Shown: positions 11,406 to 23,778, counted from the first letter of the whole stretch. The stretch: DNA of 63,843 nucleotides, filler included, from Octopus bimaculoides (GCF_001194135.2; 8 parts of 7 records of this genome joined end to end with filler, not necessarily neighbours in it); one strand, 5' to 3'. The notes: generated from the sequence alone by a model not told the origin. Program-made: numbers and translations.

Positions 11406-12165
11406 GGTGATGAGCTGGCAGATTCATTAGCACTCTGGGTGAAATGCTTAGTGATATTTCATCTGTATTCACATTCTGAGTTCAGATTCTGCCAAGGTCC
11501 ACTTTGCTTTACATTCTTTTAGGGTTGGTAAAACAAGTACCAGTTCAGTACTGGGATCGATGTAATCAACTAACCCCTCTCCCAAATTTTGGACCTCATG
11601 CCTATAGTAGAAAGTATTATTATTATTATTATTTATATGGTAGCAAGTTGGCAGAATTTTTAGTGCATAGAAAAAATGCTTAGCAGCATTTCTTCCAACT
11701 CTTTATGTTCCTAGTTCGAATCCTGCCAAGGTCAACTTTACCTTTCATCCTTTCTGGGCTGATAAAAATAAGTACCAGTTAAACACTTGGTCAATGTAAT
11801 CAACATATATCACCTGCTAAAAATTGCTGGCCTTGTGCCAAAATTTGAAACTATCATCTATTATTTTTTTTCTATTATTATTATTATTATTATAAAGACA
11901 AAAAGCTGGCAGAATTGTTAGCATGCTGGGTAAGATGCTTAGTAGCATGTTATCCATCTCTACATTCTGAATTCAAATTCTGCCATGTTCAGTGGTATTT
12001 CATCCATCAATACATCCTGAGTTCAAATTCTGCAAAGTTTGACTTTGGCTTTCATCTTTTCAGAGTCGATAAAATGAGTACCATTTAAATTCTGAGGTTC
12101 AATGTAATCGACTTGGCTCCTCCCCCAAGACTGCTGGCCTTGTGCCAAAATTTGAAGCTACTATG
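11403..12165 (+). mobile_element. Tandem stack of 3-4 SINE family C copies
   Basis: Heads at about 11403, 11635 and 11900, each following an (ATT)n tail; internal duplication at 11990-12030. Confidence 0.9.
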
Positions 12166-12169
12166 TTTT

Positions 12170-12375
12170 TACAGTTCTATATTTAAGAGATGAAGAATTA
12201 TGTACATTATTTACATTATTTGCATTTGAAAGATATTCATCCTCATTTTGTTTGTTGTTAACACATTTCGGCTGATATATCCTCCAGCCTTCACCAGGTG
12301 TCTTGGGGAAATTTCCCAAGACACTTGATGAAGGCTGGAGGGTATATCAGCTGAAATGTTGTATTAACAACAAAC
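12170..12375. mobile_element. Palindromic element with two head-to-head decayed hammerhead motifs (Penelope pLTR-like)
   Basis: 12250-12310 and 12311-12375 form a near-perfect inverted repeat. Each arm reads YUGRUGA-A-GGCUG-(10 nt)-CAGCY-GAAA. Confidence 0.75.
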
Positions 12376-12475
12376 NNNNNNNNNNNNNNNNNNNNNNNNN
12401 NNNNNNNNNNNNNNNNNNNTTAATTAATTAANNNNNNNNNNNNNNNNNNNNNNNNNNNNNNNNNNNNNNNNNNNN
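12376..12475. other. Artificial 100-nt joining spacer (also at 14795, 23953, 50267, 52342, 60063, 62466)
   Basis: Exactly 44 N + TTAATTAATTAA + 44 N, seven times. The linker is palindromic with stops in all six frames. Confidence 0.95.
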
Positions 12476-12509
<34 letters not shown>

Positions 12510-13859
12510 GCGCACACACAGGCATACACAGACACACGCACAAACACACACACACACACTCACACACACACACACACATATCGTTCGAGCGGGAAAATTG
12601 TGACACAAAAGCGATAGAAAATTATTAGCGTTAGAATATTATATATATATATAATATATATATACATATTTATATGTATATTTATATGTATATATATTTA
12701 TATGTAATATATATACACATGCATCTCCACCGCTGTAGCACTGTAGCACGCACCGTTTCTCAACTGTACCAACACTCATACACACACAGACACGTGTTTT
12801 GCGTGCGTGTGCATATGGGCAAGGTGTATGTGTTTGTTTGTGTATGTGTGTGCGTGTGTGTTTGTGCGTGTGCGTACCTCTGCGCGTCATTATACTACGC
12901 TCAAAATTATATCCGCTGCCTGTCAAATCGTATAATTATTATAATCATTATCGAAAGAATAAATATTCAGACACACTCTCTCTCTCTCTCTCTCTCACTC
13001 ATACACACACACACTCTCTCTCTCACACATATGCACACATGTATATATGTATACATATATAAATATAGATATAAATGTATATACATACATATATATGCAT
13101 ATATATANNNNNNNNNNNNNNNNNNNNNNNNNNNNNNNNNNNNNNNNNNNNNNNNNNNNNNNNNNNNNNNNNNNNNNNNNNNNNNNNNNNNNNNNNNNNN
13201 NNNNNNNNNNNNNNNNNNNNNNNNNNNNNNNNNNNNNNNNNNNNNNNNNNNNNNNNNNNNNNNNNNNNNNNNNNNNNNNNNNNNNNNNNNNNNNNNNNNN
13301 NNNNNNNNNNNAGAGAGAGAGAGAGAGAAAGAGAAATATACATACATACATATTCATTTATATATATGTATATGAATAAAGATTGAGAGTGAATGAGAAA
13401 AATTGAATAAATATGAATAATTTCGTGTCCGCCATTTTCATTTTCAATTTTCATTAATAATACTATAATAGCATTATTCGTAACAAGTCATTTTGAAAAA
13501 TCGAAATATCTTTTTAAAACAAAACGGAGAAAAATAGAAAATTAATTTTGAAAATTGTTTGTGTCTCAAGCTTCTAGAGAGACAAAACCAATTATCTTCT
13601 CCTTCCATAACATCATAGACACACGCGTGCGTGTGTACACACACACACCACACCACACCACACTACACACACACATACCAGATGCACGCACACGCATATG
13701 CATATATTGTCTTTCTCTCTCTCTCTCTTTCTGGTTATCATTTATCTCTCTCTCTCTCTTTCTTCCCATCGCGCTCTCCGTCCCCCGTTCTGTCCCGTCA
13801 ATATTTTCTCTCATTTACATTTGCTTTTAATTCATATTGTCAACTTGATCGTAATCAAT

Positions 13860-13948
13860 ATCGCCACAAATCATCTCCATCATCATCATCATCATCCTCC
13901 TCCTCATCATCATCATCATCACCACCACCACTATCATCATCATCATCG

Positions 13949-13981
<33 letters not shown>

Positions 13982-14212
13982 CATCATCATCATCGTCGTC
14001 ATCATCATCATCATCGTCGTGAAAATCACCACCACCATAACAACCCCAACAATCACACCACGACCACCACTACCACCACCACCACCATAACAACCACCTC
14101 CACCATCACCACCACCACCACCACCACCATAACAACCACCACCACCACCATAACCACGACGACGACGACGACCACCACCACCACCACTAACACCACCACC
14201 ACCACTATAATT
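13860..14212. repeat. Compound trinucleotide microsatellite (CAT/CCT/CAC/ACC/ACG)
   Basis: Directly visible; explains the poly-S/H/T ORFs. Confidence 0.95.
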
Positions 14213-14529
14213 TAATCTTTGTTTGGTTCTGTATTATTATCATTATTATTGTATTTATTTTTATTCTCATTGTTGTCGTTGATCTTGCTGAGGTTTTGCT
14301 CCTTTTGCGTATTGCAACTTCCTAGTGTTGCTTCTCTCGTTCATTTTAATATTATGTACTTAAAAGAGAAATAGCTTTCAGTAAATTTGTTGAATTCCCA
14401 TTTAATGTAAGCCATAATTACTATGACAATTACTCCGGGCAATCTTAGTATCGGACTCAATGTTAGCGACTACAGCTTCGCTCACAATTGCTGAATTTTC
14501 GCCAGCATTTGAAACGGTTGCCACAATCA

Positions 14530-14585
<56 letters not shown>

Positions 14586-14794
14586 TAGTTTTATTATTAT
14601 AACGTGCTTTCACTTCACTACCGAGCGCAGCTCTGTGCGCCTTGGGTATGTGCTGTGGTTTGCTGTGGTGCTCTTATGTTTACTGTATTGAAAGTGTTTT
14701 GCGTAGAATGTGTGCAGTACCCAGTAGTGCAATTTTCTGTATGTTATATATATTTGTAAGTCCTGCTATTTTTGTTATGTATTTGTCTGAATAT
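14530..14794 (-). mobile_element. R4/Dong-like element 3' end with (TAA)n tail
   Basis: Minus: YSDKYITKIAGLTNIYNIQKIALLGTAHILRKTLSIQ*, then a short 3'UTR running into (TAA)n at 14530-14582. Confidence 0.85.
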
Positions 14795-14894
14795 NNNNNN
14801 NNNNNNNNNNNNNNNNNNNNNNNNNNNNNNNNNNNNNNTTAATTAATTAANNNNNNNNNNNNNNNNNNNNNNNNNNNNNNNNNNNNNNNNNNNN

Positions 14895-15072
14895 CACCCA
14901 CTACACTCTCTGAGTGGTTGGCGTTAGGAAGGGCATCCAGCTGTAGAAACTCTGCCAAATTAGACTGGAGCCTGGTGTTGCCATCCGGTTTCACCAGTCC
15001 TCAGTCAAATCGTCCAACCCATGCTAGCATGGAAAGCGGACGTTAAACGATGATGATGATGATGATGATGAT
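14895..15072 (+). mobile_element. Young RTE 3'UTR copy with (GAT)n tail
   Basis: Reverse complement of the 8695-8880 type, with CpGs intact. Confidence 0.9.
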
Positions 15073-15320
15073 TGACGCTTCAGTGACTTTGCTTTTTTTT
15101 TGTTTTGGTAGGAGTGTTGGCCTTATGCAAATCTCTTCTTACCTCTGGGAAGAGGTGGTCCAGATTAGACTGGTATCTCTCCTTTGAAGAGCCAGAAGAA
15201 TGCAACACGCTACAATGTCTGCTTTCACATGGTTTCTGTGGATGTATGCTCTCCCTAAAACCAACCACTTTACAGAGTGTATGGGGGTACTTTTTTTCAT
15301 GGCATGAGCACTAGTGAAAT
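15073..15320 (-). mobile_element. Diverged RTE-3'UTR-like copy
   Basis: 'catggtttctgtggatgtatgctctccctaaaaccaaccactttacagagtgt' resembles the RTE tail block. Confidence 0.55.
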
Positions 15321-15710
15321 TACTAAGTAACTAACAAAATAAGACACCCACCACTCAACTGAGTGGGGGTATAACATTGGGTGAGGTGGCTTTATGCAAG
15401 GTGTTGAGAGGTTAAAGTATGGCAGGGGGACAGGAATAGGTGTCTTGCAGTAAAAGAGATACATGGCTACCCCAGCTGGAAAGAGAGAAAAGAGATGGTA
15501 GTGAGGAGGTTCCAGGGTATACTCTGAATGTACAAGAATATGAGTACAAGATAGAATATGGAAAGAGGATCAGAAAGGGTGGGAAGACAGGAAAGTCATA
15601 TATTAGTCTAGCCTCTACCCTCTGACTTCTCCAGCATGGGTGCCTTTCACTCTGCAGGCATAGCTCTCAGAGTCATGGAAGTACACAAGCCACCCACACT
15701 GCAACAAGAA

Positions 15711-15951
15711 GGAGGCGTGTGGCCAAGTGGTTAGAGTGTTGGACTAATGATCATAAGATTGTGGGTTTGATTCCTGGACCCGTGTGATGCATTGTGTTCT
15801 CGATTCCACATTGCTCCAATCTGCTCAGCTTTCAAAGATGAGTAATCTTGCAACAGATTGGTATCTCATTCAGGTGGGGAATTTATATGTCCTGGAAACT
15901 GGGAAACCAGCCCTTATGAGTTAATATGACTTGGGGAGGTAACTTTACTTT
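15711..15951 (+). mobile_element. SINE family E (tRNA-derived head)
   Basis: 'gtggccaagtggttagagtgttggac...gggtttgattcc' carries A and B boxes, followed by a non-tRNA body. Confidence 0.7.
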
Positions 15952-16469
15952 ACAAGAAAAAGGTGGTGTCAACAGTGTGTTAAATCAAAAGCTTTATTTG
16001 TGTTCTGAAGTTAATGCAGAAGCTGATGTTGCAGTCCTGGAAAGTATACAAGAGAGTTACTGTGAAATATGCACTGCATTTCAAGAGGTTATCTCATCTC
16101 TGTCCTATGAGCCTATCCACACACTACAGTTATCACTTGCACAAATTCTTCTGACCACAGAAACGCAGTTTGAGCAAAGTCAAACATATAGAGTTATATA
16201 TGCATCTATAGTTACCCTGTGAAGTAGTATTTGGTAGCTTATGATGGAGCTTCTTTGTATGACTAATTTGAAATTCACCAGACCTAACATTTGTCTCCAC
16301 CATAAACTAAAGTAATCAGGAAGAAAAAGCAGTAATCAGATACAGTTTTAAGTAAAATGCATGCATGACGGACAGGACCCTAAAAGTTTTAAATAGTTCA
16401 TTAATGTATGCCTGAATTTCCAATGGTTTGTTCTTTGTTTCAGTGGTTTACTCATTTTTCATATACATC

Positions 16470-16865
16470 TATCATACATCTTCATTAATAAATGTCTGTT
16501 TTCCATGCTTGTATGGGCTATATGGTTTGACAGGAGCTGGTAAGGCCAGGGGCCACACCAGGCTCCATTGTCTGTTCTGGCATGGTTTCTATGGCTGGAT
16601 GCCCTTCCTAAAGCTGATCACTCCACAGAGTGTATTGGGTGCTTTTTATGTGGCACCAACACTGGTATCAATTCTGCTGTGGTGGATGTCTTCTTGAGTA
16701 TAGCAATGTACCAGATATTTGGGTCCTTAGTCACCTCCTTTGTAAAATTCGGTGTCTTGAGATCAGCCTTCAACACTTTGTCCCATGTCTTCCTGGGTTT
16801 CTCTCTTCCACGGGTTCCATCCCCTTTAAGTAATCAGCACTTCTGTATGCAACTATCTACATTCA
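16470..16865 (-). mobile_element. RTE 3' fragment
   Basis: Minus ...RPRKTWDKVLKADLK...KDPNIWYIAILKK, then 3'UTR 'ggaagggcatccagcc'. Confidence 0.85.
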
Positions 16866-17258
16866 TTGTTGTTGTTGTTGGCACTCCGTCGCTTACAACA
16901 TCGAGGGTTCCAGTTGATCCAATCAACGGAACAGCCTGTTCGTGAAATTAACGTGCAAGTGGCTGAGCACTCCACAGACATGTGTACCCTTAACGTAGCT
17001 CTCGGGGATATTCAGCGTGACACAGTGTGACAAGGCTGACCCTTTCAATTACAGGCACAACAGAAACAGGAAGTAAGAGTGAGAGAAAGTTGTGGTGAAA
17101 GAGTACAGTAGGGTTCACCACCATCCCCTGCCGGAGCCTCGTGGAGCTTTAGGTGTTTTCGCTCAATAAACACTCACAATGCCCAGTCTGGGAATCGAAA
17201 CCGTGATCCTATGACCATGAGTCCACTGCCCTAACCACTGGGCCATTGCGCCTCCACT
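16866..17258 (-). mobile_element. Full-length SINE family F (tRNA head, (AAC)n tail)
   Basis: Minus head 'ggcgcaatggcccagtggttagggcagtggactcatgg...ggtttcgattccc'; (AAC)n tail at 16866-16880. Confidence 0.85.
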
Positions 17259-17281
17259 ATCTACATTCATATATATCACAG

Positions 17282-17313
<32 letters not shown>

Positions 17314-17502
17314 GTCAATTCAAATAAATGAATAAAAAAAACAAATAAAAACAAACATGAGGATGTGCACAAGAAATGTATTAGCTTGACGCTTGGTGAA
17401 AGGAGAGAGTTTAATGTTTTGAGCATAGCTCTTCATCATACATACAATACAAAGTTTGTCATAAATATTTTGTCTAATCCAACTTTTACGCTTTATTTAC
17501 AG

Positions 17503-17650
17503 GAAAGGTCATTATAAGATGAAAAATGTCACAACTTCTTCTGAAGAAGAACAAGGAGCAGAAACGAATGATGAAGAAACTATATCTTGTGAAGGACATG
17601 TCATAGAGTTAAAAAATCTTAATGAATCATATCATATAGTCCCATATTAA
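17503..17650 (+). CDS. Candidate terminal coding exon (KGHYKMKNVTTSSEEEQGAETNDEETISCEGHVIELKNLNESYHIVPY*)
   Basis: Good acceptor 'ttttacgctttatttacAG' and an open acidic frame to TAA at 17650. Followed by about 1 kb of repeat-free AT-rich sequence with AATAAA motifs. Lies on a different assembly piece from exon 4143. Confidence 0.45.
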
Positions 17651-18678
17651 AATATAATTTGAATTTTCATGAGTAAAAAGAAGCAATGCATTTTCTAAAA
17701 CATTATTTAGCCCACAGGAGAATTCCTTGAAATGTTTAATGAGTGAAATTGGTATCAACAAAGTGAAACCAAAGAGACGATACCACCTTATCTCCCCTGA
17801 CACTCAGACAAAAAAGCAAGGGTCAAAAGCATAGAAATCCTTCACTCATCGTAATAATTACATTTTCCAAACTCTTGCAGACATAGATTATCACCAGTTT
17901 CATGGAGTTCTAAGTTTTTAACCAATTTTTACTCTACATTAGTTACCAACAACAAAATAAATATTTCATAAATACTTGAGAAATTTAGTCTTTGGATACA
18001 AATTTGACAATTCACCTATTCAGATTATAAACTTATGTTTCAATCTTTAGTCTGTACCAGCTGTCATCAATCCCTAAAAGTGATATTTAGAAAATAAGGG
18101 AAAGTATAGCCACTAGTCATTAAGAAGTCTTAAAGACAAGAATTATCTCACTATTTGTGAATTAAAATCATGCATGGATTATTTATCCACCAAGCTATGA
18201 GACATGCATGGTTCCAGTTCTAATATATTTGTAGAAGTGTGCACATTTAATGTTTAATATATTTTTTAATAACTGGAAAATGTTAATAAAGATAACTGAA
18301 AAATTGGAGGAAAATAAACAAATAAACAACTATTAATATAGATGAGTATGCTTGTATTTATTGATGTATATTTAGTTATGCATTGTGTATCTAGTACTGC
18401 ATGATCTGGATATCAATCATCATTCATAAAAAGTTCAAAAGTTAAATACAACAAATAGATATTTTTTCAATATGAATTACATATATCACAAAACAAGTCC
18501 ACAAACCTGCTCACTGAACCATTACTAATGACTCTTACAAAGCAAATACGTATATTCTAAAGCACTGTCCACAATTTTTTCAAAATGAATGAAATAATAC
18601 AAAGTAATACAACACACATACACATTCTTTTCAGGAACAGTGAATCTTGAAGCAAATAAAGTTATAAATAATACCATA

Positions 18679-19065
18679 CTCTCTTTTACTTGTTTCAGTC
18701 ATTTGACTGCGGCCATGCTGGGGCACCACCTTTAGTCGAGCAAATTGACCCCAGGACTTATTCTTTGTAAGGCTAGTACTTATTCTAGCAGTCTCTTTTG
18801 CCGAACCGCTAAGTTACAGGGACGTAAACACACCACCATCGGTTGTCGAGTGATGGTGGGGGGACAAACACACACACACATATATATACATATACATATA
18901 TACAATGGTCTTCTTTCAGTTTCCATCTACCAAATCCACTCACAAGGCTTTGGTCGGCCTGAGGATATAGTAGAAGACACTTGCCCAAAGGGCCACGCAG
19001 TGGGACTGAACCCGGGACCATGTGGTTGGTAAGCAAGCTACTTACCACACAGCCACACCTGCGCC
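18679..19065 (-). mobile_element. Full-length SINE family B (~390 bp) with internal (TA)n(TG)n
   Basis: Minus: tRNA-like head, 'gccttgtgagtggatttggtagatggaaactgaaagaag', microsatellite, 'cttagcggttcggcaaaagagac', tail 'cagcatggccgcagtcaaatgactgaaacaagtaaaaga'. Confidence 0.9.
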
Positions 19066-19221
19066 ATGTAAATATTGGGTTTAAAACACTTTGGATAGAA
19101 AAAGTCAAAGGCTGCCTGTGGGGCTCAACCCCAAATCTCCTGTAAACATGACAGGTGATGTACGTTCATCAGGCAACCATTGACTTTTTCTATCCAAAGG
19201 GTTTTAACCCAATATTTACAT
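19066..19221. mobile_element. Foldback MITE-like element, ~53-bp TIRs
   Basis: 19066-19118 is the inverted repeat of 19170-19221, with two small internal hairpins. Confidence 0.85.
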
Positions 19222-20155
19222 TTTAAATGCTATTATTTATAGTTTTATTTGCTTCAAGATTCACTGTTCCTAAAAAGAATTTGTACTCTCAAAGTTTCTA
19301 AATTCTTATGACATCAACAACATTTACTGTGTGTATGTATGTTCTATTGCGTTTTTTAATTATCTAAATTCTTCCTTTAAAGGAACTGGTTTCTAACAAA
19401 GACACATATCTCCATCGTTGGAGTGTAGATAATTAAAACAATGTCACATTAAACCTGAGAAAAGTCTTGCATAGTTTTACTGTTCTGCTTACAGATTGTA
19501 TTTGTAATGCGTGAGTCAATTGGTTGATTTCTTTTTCTGAAAATCCAAGCTTATCGAGACTGATAGATAGGCATTTAGTTACAAAACCAAGTACACCAAT
19601 TATTATTGGTGTAAATGTAAATTTGTAATCTGGATATAGAAGCTGGAGGTTTCAAAGCAGTTGTCCATAGTTATCTTCTTTCTTTTTGATTTTCAAAGAG
19701 ATATTTACATCAACAGCACAGCTGACCTCTAGTCTATCTCAAACAACAATATCCAGCCTGTTATGCTTACATTTGACAGATATTTTGATGGGAATGTTCA
19801 ACCAGTATATTTGTATACATATTCAATAATAGTAGGATATTCTCTATATTTATTCCAGGACAGACTTTTTTCCAAACGGTATTCATCATCATCATTGTTT
19901 AATGTCTGCCTTCCATGCCATTGTATAGTATTTTTCAGACAATGTCACATCACATAGGGAGGTAGTACCATGACATTTTTGGGCAGCTGTTAACCACATG
20001 TGTGATATCTTCCACAGAAATATGACATAATCAACATCTTTTATTGCATTTTATAACTTCAAGGGCTTCACTTCATGTCAATGTTACTGTATTTTTCAAG
20101 TCTTTAGGAAACATACCCATGCATGGTCTTGTTTTGATATGCTAAGTATTTCACC

Positions 20156-20187
<32 letters not shown>

Positions 20188-20324
20188 TGCTCAACAAGAT
20201 CTACATTTACAACCAGCCACAAGATGAAACTTGAGTAAACTCACCTTTTAATAAAATATACAGCTTTCCATAAATTACAGATATAGAGCTCTATATCAGA
20301 TAATGCTTGCATTCTGTATATATT

Positions 20325-21690
20325 AAACCAGTAAAGGAATCAAAACTACTGGATCAGGTTATAAAGATCACGAAGAGAATCATAGCACAATTGATCCATG
20401 ACAGAATAACTTTAGATGAGATGAAGTTTGGCTTTGTACCTAAAAGAGATATTATGCATGCAAATATGTAGTGAGGCAACCAACCACTGAAAAAATACTT
20501 GGTTGAGATAAACCACTATTCTGGGCATTCATTGACTCGGAGAAGGTATTTGACAGGGTTTCATGTTCAGTAATTTGGTAGTCCCAAAGGAAACTAGTAT
20601 TAGATGAATGGGTTGTGAGGGCTCTACAAATTATGTATAAAGAGGAAGTGAGAACAATGGTTTCAGTATGAATTAAATGTGAAGGTAGGAGTTCATCAAG
20701 GTTCATTTTTCAGTCTTCTCCTGTTCATCACAGTTGTAGAAGCCACCACAGAGGAGTTTAAGACAGGTTGTCCATGAGAACTCCTATATGTTGATGATCT
20801 AGTTCTCATAGCTGAATCTATAGTGGAATTAGAGAGTAAATACCAGACACAGAAGCTAAACACTGGATTGAGAAGTATGAATTTAAACTTAGCAGACCAA
20901 GGTTTTAGTAAATAGGAAAGAATTTTCATGAAAATGCAGAAAAGGAGTATGTATAAACTCCACAGGTTGTTCCCACTGTAAGATAAGACACAAAAGAGGT
21001 GTAGCAGAATCATAGACAGTATACAGAGAACAAACTTCATATGGAGCAGTACATAAATGAGAATTTAAGATTTTCTTAAATGCCCAGATGACTCACTAGA
21101 AGTAGTTAGTAGGTTTTGTCATGAAGGAGATTAAATTAGCAGAGGAGGTGCTTGCTTTGAAAATATAGAAGCCAAGGCAAGAAAGGGTAGAAGAAAGCTT
21201 CTATGGCTGCTGGCAACAAAGATATTTTCTCTCAAAGTGAAGGGCAGATTGTATGATGTTTGTGTTAGGACTGTGATGCTCAATGTTAGTGAAATATGGG
21301 TCTTGAATGCAGAGGATTTGAGAAGGCTGGAAAGAAAATGAAAGGAAGCAAGTATTCTCCCTTGTATGTGCAATGTTAGTGTGCAAGAAAGACATTACAA
21401 ATATGTTGAGATGAATATAGAGCATACAGAGTATAAGAAGAATCATAGTGAGCAAGAAAGAAGACTGCACAGATGTGATCATGTGATGCATATGGATGAA
21501 GATAGCTGTATAAAAAAGTACTGATCACTTGAGATGGATGAAGCCTGTGAAAGAGGGAGGCCCAGGAAGATATGGCACAAAGTAATAAAGGCTGATCTCA
21601 GGATCTTAAACCTCATGGAGGAGATGACAAAAGATAGGGATGGCTAGCAATATGTGGTTCTCAAGAAGACCCATTCAACTCAGTGAAATA
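20325..21690 (+). mobile_element. Decayed RTE LINE RT domain to 3' end
   Basis: Fragments GIKLLDQV.K, DEMKFGFVP, AFIDSEKVFDRV, VGVHQGS, ELLYVDDLVLIAES, GRLYDVCVRTVML and GRPRKIW; many stops and frameshifts. Confidence 0.9.
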
Positions 21691-21692
21691 AA

Positions 21693-21990
21693 GTATCTTC
21701 TACTATAGCCCCAAGCCAACCAAAGCCTCGAATGGATCTGGATTTAGTAGACAGAGATTGAAAGAAGCCCGTCATGTAAATGAGCTTTGTCACCTGTCAC
21801 CATACAGGTGATGTAGTTTGTTTCCAGTCTTCTGTGGAAAAGCATGGCTGGTCATGGGGAAATATTACCTTGCTTGGAAACAAGTGAAGGCTGGCAATAG
21901 TAAGGGCATCTGACTGTAGAAAACCCATCTCAATAAATTCCATCTGAGCCATGCAAGCATGGGAAAATGGACATTAAATGATTATGAAGA
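21693..21990 (+). mobile_element. Composite SINE (family B body with RTE-like tail), 5'-truncated
   Basis: Same architecture as 8232-8617. Confidence 0.75.
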
Positions 21991-22079
21991 TACATGATAA
22001 ATATTAGAGTTTGTAACAGAACAGCTTTGATACAGAGACACTATAAAAAGAATTTGTAAAATCAGAATACCATGTTGAA

Positions 22080-22300
22080 CCCTTTAGCATTCAGATTATT
22101 CTGTCTAATGTAATGCACATTTATTTACAATGTTTTGTAATTAATCATGGCTTATTTCATAGCTTTGAGATTTTGATTATGCGATAGTTTACTTTTAGTA
22201 TGACATTGTATGGTAAGTTTGAAAGGCTGAATTTGGTCAGCTTGAACATGAAACAAATAGAACATTCTGACTGGATACAACCAGTTTAAATGCTAAAGGG
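22080..22300. mobile_element. piggyBac-type MITE
   Basis: TIR CCCTTTAGCATT / AATGCTAAAGGG; TTAA on the right flank and TGAA (one mismatch) on the left. Confidence 0.75.
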
Positions 22301-23569
22301 TTAAAAAATCAGAAACAGAAAATGAAGAAAATGGAAATACACACAAGCACTGAATTAAATATTTATTTCATAATTTATAAATTGTCAACAAATTTTTATT
22401 TTTTACATCCATTATTTTACTGTACACAATACAGACAGGGAAGAATTGTGGAGGTGTTAAACAACTGCTGATAGGGACATCTGAGCTAAGAAAAATTTAA
22501 CATAATGATAATATATAAATAATTAAATTTAAAAAAATAAACATAAACAAAAACAAAGAAGCAACATGTAGGTTGCAGCCACATATATCACTCTCATGTC
22601 ATTTGATTATTTATTCTGGTGAAGTAAAAACAGTTCCAGGTTCAATTCATAGCAACATATATATAAAATTTCAAAGAATTAACCAGTTGCAATGTACAAG
22701 ATAATTACAATGCTCATTGAATTAAATAATTAACATCTCTATAATCCAGTTGCCCTCCCTTCCCGCCAACAACCAATTGTTATTACCAAATTACTTGGAA
22801 AATAAAATTTAAAAAAAAAATTCCTTCACAAGAAGTTTTTAGTTCAATTCAAAAAAGTTTGAATATAGATATATCTCATTCTTTTCCTTTTTCTGCCCCC
22901 GACTCCATCTAATAAATTTCTTACAATTAATGCCTTTGTAAATTGTTCTAGCATTTTAATTATAGAAGACCAAGAAATATTTCTTTCTTAGGTATAAGGC
23001 TGATTTTGTAATGAGAGGAGATATAGCTAACCAAATAGACTCACGTACAATGCTGATACTTATTTTGCTGAACTCAGAAAAATAAAAGACAAACATTGAC
23101 CCTAGCAAGATTTGAACTCAGAACATAAAGAGATAAAACTAAATATAGTATAGTCTTCTCTTTCCTTAAATATTTCTATCAACATGAGCAAAAATATTTT
23201 GATAAGGCTAAAACTATTGTTTATTCTAAAAAATATTTTTACAATTGATGTATAAAAATGTAATATGCATGTGTGTATGTGAACATGGAATGGTATCTAG
23301 GCTGATTTGCAGATGTTGAATTATAGATTTTCTTTTTTCTGGTTCAAATCCAACTTTGATCAGGGCCAGTAAAGCTTAAATTAAGTATCAATAATGGAAG
23401 TTACTGGCAAGTAAAAATATTTAGCTGCACTTATCTCACTTTTCTCAACAAAAGCTAACAAAACAAAAAATTCTTTTTTTGAAAACCTTTTGATATGTCC
23501 ATTTCAAACAAACATTCACACACCCATTCTTATATATTCAAATATGAAATAAAAGTAGCGCTAGTGTAA

Positions 23570-23740
23570 TAAACATTATCAACCATATATATTTAATATG
23601 CTTTAGGTATTTGCTGGTAGGCTGTGATTTGGCATGGTGGAGAATACTCTCTCATAACACTAAGTGTTCCCACAACAAATCACAGCCTACTGGCAAGTAC
23701 ACAAACCATATACATTAAGTATATGTGGTCGATAATGTTT

Positions 23741-23742
<2 letters not shown>
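23570..23742. mobile_element. Foldback MITE-like element, ~60-bp TIRs
   Basis: 23571-23631 is the inverted repeat of 23677-23741 ('taggctgtgatttg'/'caaatcacagccta'). Confidence 0.8.

Positions 23743-23778
<36 letters not shown>

Noticed and set aside
12306-12317. Perfect NF-kB-like palindrome GGGAAATTTCCC
   Set aside because: It is the centre of the element's inverted repeat; no evidence of regulatory use.
12420-12431. TTAATTAATTAA as a biological motif or piggyBac target
   Set aside because: Always centred in exactly 44+44 N; an assembly linker.
15926-16222. 98-aa ORF MTWGGNFT...
   Set aside because: Starts inside a SINE tail, with no convincing splice sites or recognisable motif. Cannot be fully excluded.
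9882-17258. tRNA genes at SINE heads (9882, 15711, 17258 and others)
   Set aside because: A and B boxes are present but there is no complete cloverleaf, and each continues into a multicopy SINE body.
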